Assembly (NCBI RefSeq): GCF_008831285.2
Contig: NC_045138.2
Span: forward strand, 39,494,001 to 39,558,000
Source: Nymphaea colorata
Taxonomy: Eukaryota
Direction: 5' to 3'
DNA length: 64,000 nucleotides
Shown here: positions 37,906 to 49,400 of the stretch, piece by piece
Layout of the letters: every line of letters begins with the position of its first letter
How positions within the stretch are numbered: the first letter of the stretch is position 1
Notes under the pieces: model-generated
Databases searched by the model: none
What the model saw: only the letters and a program-made list of their open reading frames with translations
Told to the model about the DNA's origin: nothing
Position numbers and translations under genes: made by a program

Positions 37906-40893
37906 ATGTCGGAGGTCACGCCGGAGCCCGTCTGCGCCAAGGAGGCCCTGGAGCTGCTGAACTGCGTCGCCTCCGCCTCCTACGACTCGGATCGCTGCGC
38001 CGCTCTTCTCGAGTCCCTCCGCCAATGCGTTCTTAAAAAGGCACCAATTTCCATTTTCCATGTTATCCTATTCTGATTCCTCGTCGTTGATCAATCTTTC
38101 TGCTTTTCTTTGTTGTGGTTGGCTTTTGGTTTGTCGCCTTCCGAACTGGTCTGTGTTACGCCCATGTAGTGCATCTTCTTCTTATTGAATTGCTTACCAG
38201 TTGCTTCATGCGAGCCTTTTCCAGTTACGTGCTTTGCGCAGTCCTGTGATTTTTTTTTGGTGGATTCTTTGGAATTTTTTAGCTTTACTAACAAAAGATT
38301 CTAGTGAGGAACGCTACCTATGCAGGCGTCTGAGTTGGTCGCTAAGTATGCACGCCCAATTCTTAGAAGAGCTCCAGCAAGTACCTGCTAACCAAATTTT
38401 CAAAATTCTTAAAGATATGGAGTAACATTAGTTTTTCTGCTGTCCCTTTCTCCATTCGTTTCTTTCTTCCCCACTCTTGTTTCTCTCACCTTTCGATTCT
38501 TCACCACTTTACCAAGCGATCGTTTACTTGCCACCACCACCACCCGTGGGATAATATCACCTACACCATTGATAGACGATCCATAGTTGATCAGTGAGCT
38601 ATGTGAAATGCAGGAGAGTGAAGCGTAGGCAGGTCAAATTGAATGCGACAGGGTGCAGGGCTGCGTAACTGTGGTATTTCTACCAGGCCTCAGGTATTTC
38701 TACCAGGCCTCATATCTTTGTTGTGTCGCGCGATCCCCGAACCAGTTAGATGGATTTTGAGCTCGGATTTTCTCGTTTGTGCTTCTCCTTGTATATGCTT
38801 GGATGAGAAAATCTGCTCCGATTTACATTTTTTCTTTATCGTGGTTTCTTAGTTAACTGTATGGCATATGCTTACAGATCTAGTTTGTAATTGACAATAT
38901 AAAGCTTTTTAACCAACTTTCATAAAATGTTGCATAACTGTGCATTTCCATTCATATATGCCATGCATACGCCACGTCACACCCATATAGATTTAGCATG
39001 TGGATAGCAGCAAGATTGAATGGGCTAGACTTTGCTATCATAGGCATATAAACAAGAAAATATGCCCCGATTCGATCGGCCATCATGGGGTGAGGTACTT
39101 CAATGTTCCATGTACAGATGTAGAGCCGTAGAGGAACATAGATTGGACTCCTAGATAAAGTTCAGCAAGTGAAATTTGGCAGTTTGGGGAATGAGTACTT
39201 GAAAAGGGAGGAGGAGAAATGAAGGAAACAGAAGTGGTTTTGTTGTGGAAACGGCAAACATATGTAATGCATATTTTTGGGAAGTTCTTTGTCTCGCATG
39301 TCGGAGACATTTGAATATTGTTTTGATAGGTGTCATCATCAAAGGGTACCAATTACCAAATAGTTGCTTTTCTCTCTTTCTGTCAAGAAAGGAAGGGTCG
39401 GATTGGTAGATTCTTCTCCTCCAGTGGGTGCACCTTCTGAATCTGATTGTTTCTTCTTCTCCTCCAGTATGTGCACGTACTAAATCTGATTAGAGTAGCA
39501 TATATGTCCTGAATTTCTCTTTATTTTTGTTTAGCAGTCATTTAGAGCTAACAATATGAGGGGCTCTAGTATGGAGCTTCATGTGAGTCTTTCGAGCCTA
39601 TTTTTCCTGCACCAAACACAAATTATAAGTGAACTGTGGAAAGGTTGATGGCTGAAGTGAGCTGTGGAAAGGTTAGTCAGAGGGTTGGTCGCAGGAAGAT
39701 TTCATTTGTTCAGAGATTTTGTTTAATTCAACACTTTATTTTAAAAAAGAATCCTCATATGACTCAGAGTAGATTGCATTTTGGTCAGTGCACTTTTGTC
39801 TAAATTTAACATCTTATTTCAGAAAGGATCGTCATATGACAAATGATCATACTGATTTAATTTCATTGGCTGTTCTTTTATGAAGTATGCAGACCCACTT
39901 TTTTATACAGCTTATATTTTGAGAAAATCTAAGCCAGCGTTGAGTGGTTTGTAGTGGGACCATTTTCTGTTCACTCCAAATCAGCCCTTACGGATGTGTC
40001 TCACAATGCCAAGGAATGAATGTGTATTAATTGGATAAAAGAAGGATGGAGAAAATAAAAGCCTACATGAAACATATAAATTTGGATCTTCAAGGGTAAA
40101 TGCTGATTTTTCTTTTTCAACAAGATGTTAAATAAAGATTTTGGAATGAAAATAGTGCTTCTAATGGGACAAATTTGTTAACAGTGAAAAGGAAAAGATT
40201 ATATTTTGGATGAAAACTTTTCTGGCATGAGTTGAGCTAAAATATCTGGTTATCATTTTGTTGTTTTGGTGACCAGTGAAACAATCACTCTGCAATCATG
40301 GTGTAGAGTTTTAGTTTACAAAGGACCAATAAGGTCCGACCATCCCTGTTCATGCTTATTGAAAAATACTGAATAATGGCTCTTCATCTATGGGTTACCA
40401 AGTAATTCCACATTGAATCTAGAAGCTCTTGGGTTCCCTAATGTTTTTCATGTCAAATTATGAGAACTGTTCACTGTTCAGGATTAACTGGTTTTTTACC
40501 TGTGATATTCCTCTTAGCTAATTTGGTATACACACTTTTTGGTGGATGCACACACAATGTGTTGCATGTTACAGTCTGTGGTGCTCGAACCTGGAATTGT
40601 CTTGTCATTGGTGTGTCGCACTGAATTTTCTCTCATAGACATCAGATGTAATGTTTGAAACAAAGAAACACCAACTTGTGGCACAATACACCAACAGTGG
40701 CTTAAGACTGGGAGTGTTTGCATGAGAATTTGTTGCATGTTTTTCAGTCGTCTGGCTTCTTTCTTTTTTGAGTTCATGTTTGATAGTTTTTCTAATATTT
40801 TTGGGTAAATTAATGCAGAACGTGAAGAAGTTCTCCCTCTCTGGTCCTAATCCGCCAGCTTCAAGCGCAGATGAGAAAAAAACTCGCCCTTGA
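37906..40893 (+). CDS. Small twin-CX9C (CHCH / Cox19-like) protein, 69 aa, 2 exons; probably mitochondrial intermembrane space
   Basis: Exon 37906-38040 MSEVTPEPVCAKEALELLNCVASASYDSDRCAALLESLRQCVLKK (C10-X9-C20-X10-C31-X9-C41). Exon 40819-40893 NVKKFSLSGPNPPASSADEKKTRP* follows acceptor taatgcag. The join needs a GC donor (AAG|GCACCA). Confidence 0.8.
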
Positions 40894-41961
40894 ATTCTGA
40901 TTACTAGGCGTCCTGTTGGATGGACAACAAAATTTTGTCACCCGCAAAAGTTTAACGAGTGATACACACTTCTGCGTTTGTTTCATTATGCATGTTTGAA
41001 TAAGTAACTGTATCTGATACATTAAACGGTGTTTTCTGTGGACTTTTGACACCAGATTTTAATATACTCAGTTCGACCGAGCGATGAGAATCCTTGTGGA
41101 GAAGCTTTACGGCGAGCTGAGGCTAAGTTGCCTACGGCAGTTAACACAGAATTGTTTTTTATCTGATTTTAGCAGTAACTAGAAATGTAAAACTGCAATG
41201 TGTGAGGTTCTTGCCACTTCATCTGTGTCCTTTTGGCCTTGATCTCCTGTCCTGCATTGGGAATGGAAACGCCAATCTTATTGCTTTAAATTAATTGGCA
41301 CTCTGAGGATTAATTTGGTTGTTTGTATTCTGCAAAGATGGAAAGCTCAGTGAGATGAAACAACTGGGGAAAATGAAACCAGAGATTCGTGGGCAAGCCA
41401 CTTTTCAACTATATACAGTTCCCATTGAAATTAATTTGTCTTTATGCATCTATACTTCGACGCCGCAAACTTCTCTGCGTCTCCGGCTTGCTCCGATGTT
41501 CTCTTATGGATGCGTTGCATGCCTACCTTTGGGGATCCCCTTAGGAAATGTAGCTTACTATGGGAAAATGTTTCCCCAGGGGAACGAGGTGACAACACAG
41601 CTTTCATTCGAAGATGGGTGCATGATAGGAGGAGGTCTCCTTTAATACGAAAGTGGGCCTTTTTCTTAAAATTTGACGAGGAACTTGGGGAAGATCGTTT
41701 CGCATAAGAAAACAAAACCAAGATATTGCTGTCTCATCTCAAAAGATGGATATTGTCATGTTGGGCTTTCCGTGTTCTTGTAGTTTCTTCCAAGTTGTAG
41801 AGATTTTTAATTTATGATGGACCCCTTGTTCCTCTTATCCTTTTCCCATCCACTGAGTGCCTATCCAAAATAGAAGGGTATTCTCATCTAGGGCCTTTGC
41901 AACTCGCCCCAATGGATGTACTTTCTCCAGCACCATATTCTCATATTTGTTCTTCTCAAAC

Positions 41962-41967
<6 letters not shown>

Positions 41968-41999
<32 letters not shown>
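41968..41999. repeat. (TA)n microsatellite
   Basis: Direct reading. Confidence 0.9.
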
Positions 42000-42003
<4 letters not shown>

Positions 42004-42381
42004 CATAATAGGAAAAAGGCAAGAGCACCTTTTCCTATTCAATCACAGACCCCTTCCCCTTAATGTTCTCCTTTACTTATTCATTCATAAAAGTGCTATG
42101 CAACCTACAAAAGGCTATTGACTTAACTTTAATAAATAAAGCTAGTCCATCACTCGACTGGCTTGCGATGGACTTCTCCCCATCTAGTCCATCCCCACTT
42201 CCTCTTTACTTGATATAGACTATGAGACTGCCATAATTGTGCTTACTATTTTGCACAATGACACCAACCAGACATATGACATATCAATTAATTGTCACAT
42301 CATCGAAGGTCACAAGATGAATTCAATGCGTGGACTGAACAGGAGTGCAAGACCTCATAATGTGGCGTGATGTCGACCCTT

Positions 42382-42634
42382 GGGGGTTGTTTGGAAAAAG
42401 TAATAGTATGTTACTGTTTCATGCATCTATCTAAAAAAGTATAGTAATTCATCAAACACTTTTTTAAAGTGTCCAATGAATCTAACCAACTTCAGAAAAC
42501 TTGGTTTTGTCAAAATTGGGTTTTCTAAAAGCCCAGCTTTTATGATATCCAAACACTCTAAAAAGTTGGTTTTGGAGGCAAAACCAGATTTTGTCTCCGA
42601 AACGCGTACTTTTGAAGTGTCATCCAAACGCCTC
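42382..42634. mobile_element. Tourist-like MITE remnant
   Basis: GGGGGTTGTTTGGA...TCCAAACGCCTC followed by TTA; same GTTTGG TIR core as 18639-18814. Confidence 0.5.
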
Positions 42635-43679
42635 TTAAAAGTCTACATTTGCACAAGAATCATTCAAATGATGCTAGAAAAGTTCTAGATAAACCGAGGG
42701 CAATTTGTGTGTGCCCGCCTCACATAAGGGCGCATGTTAGGGTGTCTTCTCCTTGTGCCAGGTGCACACTAACATGCCACTTCACGTGATGCAGGCAAAA
42801 CATAGCCTGCTCATAGTAGCCTCCTGTACAAATGTTTTGGATTTTCTGTAACATCTACACGGTCCCAACTGAAGATCAATAGTTTTTTCACGCGAACTAG
42901 AAAGAAGTCCAATTATATATTCCACTCAAATCTACAGGATCTAATTGATAGATGATGGACTTCAAGCACAACCTGTATTCTGCTTTAGATCCGTAAATTT
43001 TAAGATGTAAAATAAAAGTGATCATTCTACCGAGTAGGGGACGGCCCTGTTTCATGTTCCTCGATGAGCAGGGTGTGGCCTCTTTTGTGAAAATTTTAAG
43101 ATGACCCGCAATTCTGTTGGGTTCTGCTTTCCTTTACATGATGGATTCTGATGTATGAGACGCCCGACAATGAATCTCGCTGGCCCAGGCCGGCCCCAAT
43201 AAAATATATTATTATTATTATTTAAATATTTATATTTATATATATAATATAAATATTTGAACTTTTTATTAAAATTCAATCGGGCCAGGCGGGGACCAGG
43301 CTGTGAAGCGGAGGCCCAATCGGCCCGATGCCCAGCCCTACTTCAAACCCAGGTTGGAGGACTATGTTGTTAGTGCAGGTCTGAAGACCCACTCGAGGAA
43401 AAGACCATAGCCTTGAACTGTAACTAAGCCAAAAAAAATGTTTTCAGATCTTAATTGGAGCTCCATTTAGATCTGGGTCTGGCTCCAAATCGTAGGAGAC
43501 CTTCTTGTTTACCGCCAAGTCTGGATCCTGATGGGTTTGGATCAATCCTGGCTACTGTGTAGTTCTCCTCATTTTTTTTGTACCCTCAACACCCTAGACC
43601 TTTGTAAGCCCTATAAAAAAAGGTCTCGATTCATCATAGTGTCAGCCCTAGCTTTTGATCATGTGAGGGAAAGTGACTA

Positions 43680-43845
43680 TTTCAAAATCCAACAAGGAGT
43701 TGAAGGATCTCTTGAAAGATACAAAGACTTGGAGTGAATTTTCCAAAATCCAACAAAAAGTTGACAAAATCTCTTGAAAATGAAAGACTTCGTTATTTTT
43801 TCAAAAACTAACAAAAAAGTTGAAAGATGTCTTGAAAAATACATG
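43680..43845. repeat. Three degenerate ~60-bp tandem units
   Basis: tt(t/c)caaaatccaacaa..agttga...tctcttgaaa at ~43680, ~43741 and ~43800. Confidence 0.7.
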
Positions 43846-44183
43846 TTTAATCAAGAAGAGGTATTGATTTCTTCGAGATCTTTGAGTACATTTTTCATCA
43901 AATGCTAATATGCCATTATATGTGTTGTTTTCTCTCCACTTGTAGCAGTTCCCAGAGTATGTCTGCAAGTTGACACCCAGATTCGAAATTCGATGAGGAA
44001 GCCATTCTCATTCCTCCAATTCTATGGATGCTTTCAATATTGCTTGGATCATTTTTAGCCCAAATTTTATTTGAAAACCTTTCAATGTGACACTTGAGAT
44101 CTTTTATGCTGATAACATTTTGAATAAAACTTAAATAGCACATCTTCTTTGTTGATTATATAGAAAAACAGGTTACTACCAGA

Positions 44184-44186
<3 letters not shown>

Positions 44187-44236
<50 letters not shown>
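44187..44236. repeat. Compound (TA)n(GA)n microsatellite
   Basis: Direct reading. Confidence 0.9.
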
Positions 44237-44380
44237 GGATTTACAGCTATGATCCTTGTGATTAGATAGGCATAAGAAATGATGAAACCAAGAAGTGTAA
44301 TATCAAATTATGGGGAGAATAAACTACTTACAGTAAATCCACCAATAATGTCCCAATTTCCTAAGGAAAGTTTACATTAT

Positions 44381-45548
44381 CACGTGCAGCCTTTACCCAA
44401 TACGACTCGACGGTATTCTATATAAATCGGACTCAATTAATTTCAGGTTTCCTAAAACCGAATTTGGAGTGGAGCAACGTAAGCAAGATCCGATATTTCT
44501 ATCGAACTACGGTTCAAATTCGGTTACGCAATCGCGAACCGTATCCGATTCAATCGGTAATCAAATCCGAGACTTCTTTATTGGATCCGACGAAGGTCAA
44601 GTCAAAATCAAATCCCTGGTAAAACGTATCCGACCCATTTACATCCCTGTGGGTCGCAGCGGACAGGGCCAAACCGGGGAAGTTGTGGGTCCCACGTGGG
44701 GGGGGGAGGGGGAAGGGGTTTGGTGCTGAGCTGGCATCGGTTGTGGAGCCAGAAGAGGCAACGGATCATGTGGGAGTGGGCCCCGCTGGACGTTCACCCC
44801 CCACCCCCATGGCCTTTGGGCCCCACCGGGTACGCGGCGACATTCGGAGGACCCAAGGCTTCGGCGGAGTGACGTGGCAAACCTGGGGCCACGTAAATCT
44901 CCCCTCACCACCAACCGATGGCGACCGCGTGGCCTCCTTCCTTCCCTCCAGTGTCCCGCGACGAACTCTTATATTAAAAATATAAAACATCTCCGGTAAC
45001 CACAACCGCTTCGGCTCGTATTTAAATCCCCTTGCCGGTCACCGTAATTACACCCATGCCAACGCGCGACCTCGACCCACACCGACCGATGCACCAATAG
45101 CCAAACCGATCCACGTCCAAGTTTTAGGGAGAAATGAAATTCACTTGGTAGGCAAACTAAACGAAGCCAAATAAAACGATTTCTTTTCACAACATGGTAG
45201 TTATATCGATTCCTTCTTTATGTAGTAAGCAAATATTATTTTACTACCATATTAAAAAGGAGAAATATATGGCTGACAGACCAGGTCGGCGTGGGCGACG
45301 ATGGTTCGAACCGACCTGGATGGCAGAAACGCAATACTTTTGAAACAGAGGTCCGTTTCACGTGGCTCGTGGTGACTATGGCAGTGGCGGTGCAGTAATT
45401 CGGCGAGAAAGGACGAACTACGCCACCACTGCTTTTCAGTTTTCTGCTGCCAGGAAAAAAAAAAAAAATCCTCCGCGTCTCTTCTCTCTCTCTCTCCGTC
45501 CCTTCTTTCGATTCTAAAGTTATTGTGCGTGTGCCTTTGCTTTGGCGC
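44381..45548 (+). promoter_or_regulatory. SPA upstream region with G-box/ABRE, TCP and E2F-like motifs
   Basis: CACGTG at 44381, 44693 and 45359; GACGTGGC 44871; GTGGGTCCCAC 44685-44695; GGGGCCCCAC ~44817; TTTGGCGC 45541-45548. Confidence 0.55.
44420..44649. mobile_element. hAT-derived non-autonomous element end rich in ATCCGA/TCGGAT subterminal motifs
   Basis: Ends ..TATCCGACCCATTTACATCCCTG (rc CAGGGATGTAAATGGGTCGGATA). A related left end CAGGGATGTCAATTG..ATCGGATAT occurs at ~29733. No TSD or partner end located. Confidence 0.5.
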
Positions 45549-46493
45549 GCCCTCCTGTTTAGTTTATTTTATTTTGTTTTGCCTTTTAATTTACCTGGGG
45601 CTTCCGATGTACTCTTGCGAGCGAACGCGACGGACGCCGACGAGGACAAACGAAGCGATTTTGCACGGAAAAGGTGAGATTTAAAAAATTCTGCTGCAAT
45701 GAGTTTTTAGTTTTGTGACGGCTGCCTGCAGTTTCCTGCTCTTAGTTGAGCTCTGAGGAAAAGCCAACGGAAGGAAAAAGCGCGGAATTTGAGCCATAAA
45801 TCTAGCGGCTAGGGTACAATAATTCGATTGATTTCTCTTGTGTTTATTCGTTCTCCGTTTTCATTTTTGTTCGGGGTTCATCTGTTTCTCTACGGGTTAG
45901 GGTTTCGTAGTTGGGGTTCGACTGTGGAGAAGATTAATTCTGGGAATTTAGTGTTACGGGCGATCGTTTGCGGACTGGTTCTCTGTTTTGGTTTGTCGTT
46001 TGGTTCTACTCCGTCGAATCCAGTTTGTCCCGATTTTTTTTTTTCATTTTTCCTTATGTATTGGGGCCTTTCTGTTATACCTCGGGGGAGTGATTCTTGG
46101 TTCGGGTGCCGGCGGAGGTTGATTAAATTCTTCAGCTGCAGGTCCTTATCTTTTCAACTCTTTCTTTTCCGCTCTTATCGGATGGATTGCGAGTTTTTTT
46201 TATAAAAACGGAGCTGGTCTGTAAACTGTCGAGTTATTGTGCGTGCGAGTTGCAGAATTTGAATGTTGGGGGGTTTAAGTTAGGAAGTTCAGTAATTTCA
46301 ATTGAGTTTCTTGCCATTTTAGCTGGCGATTGTTGGCTGTCGTGTGGAATGAATTATTGGTTTTGCGTTTTTTGTTACTTGCTGGAGGTTTTTTTTTTTT
46401 TTTTGGGCTAAACTTTCTCACATTCTGGGCACTGCAGTTGATGGTTTGTAGCTTGCTGGATGATGTGATTGTTTCGGATCTGTTTGGGGATCC

Positions 46494-49400
46494 ATGGAAG
46501 GGATGGATGAAGGTCCTCAGAGCGAGACGGTAAAGCAGACGACGGGGTGTCCGCCCACTAAGGTAACCGACACTGATAACGTCCTGCAGCTGGATAGGTG
46601 CAATGCGTTGGAATCTCAAGCCCAATTTGCTTCATCAGAGCACGAGTGGCCAGAAGAGCTCTCTTCATTCAGGTCACTTCTGGCACATAATGCCATTAGT
46701 TTGTACCCTGGATCACCAGTGGTTTTTGGGGAGATTTTAGAAGCCAAGAGACAAATTCTTGATAGCTCAAAAGGTGGATCCCTTTCCCATTCTTGGTCTA
46801 ATTCTGGGCATGATTGCCCTATGAATAATACTGACTTAATGGTTGAAGAATTGACATTCAATAACTACAAAGGGAGGCCAAATGTTTCCTCAGCGGATGG
46901 GTGCTCGAATGCTGCACCTGTTGAAATTTGTGAAGTTGGGCAAGCGCAGGGAAGAAGAGTCCATGGGCAGAACCCTCACCAAATCGTGGATCAAGGAAGT
47001 GGAAGTGCACACAGTCAGGTGACCTGTAAGGAACAGGCAACTGTCGATTTTAGCGCAAAAATGCCCTCTGCAGGAACTCATGGTGATACTGACAAAGAGA
47101 AGTTCAGGAATGTCCGGTTGCACAGGACTTGGGACCAGACGCCGGTTTCAATTCTGCGTCCCTGTCAAGAACGTAGTATAGTTGTTGGGAACTTGGAGTC
47201 CAGTGATAGGCATCACCAGTTAAGCGCTCCATCAACCACTGAAGTGCAGGGTGGGGGGATCCGCACCAGAGTTATATCATCTTCTGGATTTTCCGAGTTC
47301 TTTGCCAGGAGCACCTTCAAGGGAAAAGGGATTGCAGTTAGGGATGTGGAGCCTCTTAAAGAATCTGATGCTGTTGCAAAACCTATAAATTTTGGAAAAG
47401 GTGTTTCTGATGCTAACATTTGTTCAGATGCATCTGAAGGTTCTGTTGCTTGTGCTGGTACTTCATCTTCACAGACTGGTTGTGGGATCAGTTTTGGTTC
47501 ATTTGAGGATGCTGTTAATGTAAGGGAGTGGCTTCAGCCTGGGAGCCATAAATTAAATAAATCTGAACGACTGATTGTATTTAAGCAAATTGTAGAGCTA
47601 GTCAATCTGGCTCACTCTCAAGGGGTTTTTATAAAAGATTTGTGGCCATCAAGTTTTGTGATCTCGTCACAGAATCAAGTTAATTATGTTGGTTCTTCAA
47701 GTTTTCATATGCCTTTGGGTAGTTCAGGTGGTACTTCTGCTTTCATGCACTCTTCTGTTGGTGGCCATTTGAAACGGAAGCGACAACATATGTCGATTCC
47801 TTTTGACAATAGCACAGGAACTGGCATGAAACATGATTACTGGTCATTGGGTGGTTTTCACAGCCATTTAAGTCCATTGTCAAAACCTCAGCGGTTCAGC
47901 AGTGGCTTGAGGTTATCTAATCAGCATCCCTTATCACCATCAACATATGATTTAAGACCTGAACCAGTAGCAGACGTAGCTGCAAATACTAATTTATTAC
48001 CACATTCTCGGGGTAAACTGAGGGTACATCAGAGTGAGTATGAGGATCGTAATACCTCAAAAAGGTACATTGGCTCAGATTTGCCTAATCAACCTCAGAA
48101 ACATTTTGTTCTTAATGTTAAGCAGTTGGAAGAGATGTGGTATACTAGTCCAGAGGGGATCAACGGCAAGGCATGTTCCTTACCATCAAACATATACAGT
48201 CTTGGTGTTCTCCTTTTTGAGGTATGCACATGCTGGAGATATGATTGATTCTTTTTCTTTCACTTACCTTGAATATTGTTTTTTTTTCTTGGTTATAAGT
48301 TTCATAAATATGACATAAATCAAATTGCAAAATTCTTTTTCAGCTTTTTGAATATTAGTATTTCACTATTTCTAAATATTCTTAAAGATAAATGAAAACA
48401 AAATGACAAGAAAAGTAATGTTCAAATTTCTACCTTTCATAAATTCTCTTTTTGTGGTGCTTCTTTTTACAGTTGCTGCAAAAGCTGTCATGGTCATGTT
48501 TTTTATTATGAACTAACTCCATGTCACTCTAAAAGATCTTCACTTTATCATTTCTGTTAGTGAACCTTTGCTAACTTGTATGCATATGATTATGTTAATC
48601 GGCAAAAACTTATGGATTTGCAAATTTTTTATGGGGATGCTAATAAGAATATTCTTTGTCTAAAGGAATTTCAAACAAATAGATATTGGACATTGATTGG
48701 GATTTTTTATGTTTTTGTTACTTGCATGCTCTTGAGCTTCTGCCGCTACAGGGATTTCTTCTTATGCTATGCTGTAACCTGTATGTATGAACTATGAAGC
48801 TAGTGGCAATGCTTTTTTGTGTCAGCTGTTTTGCTGTTCCAAGTCATGGGAGATGCATGAAGCATCAATGTCAGATTTGAGGCATCGTATCCTCCCTCCA
48901 AATTTCTTGGCTGAGAATCCAAAGGAAGCGGGTTTCTGTCTTTGGCTGCTCCATCCCGAGCCACTATCTCGACCTAAAGCGAGGTATGTACTTAGGGGAA
49001 GCACTTTTTTTGGTAGAGTTCCTTTAATATGTGTACCATAGACCATAGTACGTTGTTAAGACAAATTCCAGAATGTAGCATCTTCCCTTTCAATGCAAAA
49101 TAGTTGCAAATTCGAAAACTGCACCACCAAATGGAGGGTGATACATATATTTCCAGCTATGAACATCACGTGTTGGCAAAACATGGTAATAAGCAATAAC
49201 ACCATAGAGAATCAATATTAGGGGAAGAATGGGTGAGAGAAGACATCACATCGCATGTGTTTGATTGTATTTATGGTAATATTAGGGGAAAAAGGGGCAG
49301 GACATCACATGGTATGTGTTGGTCTAAATAGTGGCTCTTAAGAGGTGCTTAAATGGTGGTCAAGCTAAGACAGACTTTTGACTGGACTGTACATTCCTCA

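Noticed and set aside
41319..41721. GC-richer block with three overlapping ORFs, possibly a LINE relic
   Set aside because: No convincing zf-RVT/RT motif or splice signals.
43035..43340. GC-rich flanks around an AT core ending GCCCAGCCCTA (hAT-like end)
   Set aside because: Probably a decayed MITE, but no matching left TIR or TSD could be fixed.
43916..44143. QLADIL motif reminiscent of the Copia RNase H C-terminus, with an LTR-like CCTATAAAA nearby (~43610)
   Set aside because: One short motif, no KHI..HF context, no definable LTR ends or TSD.
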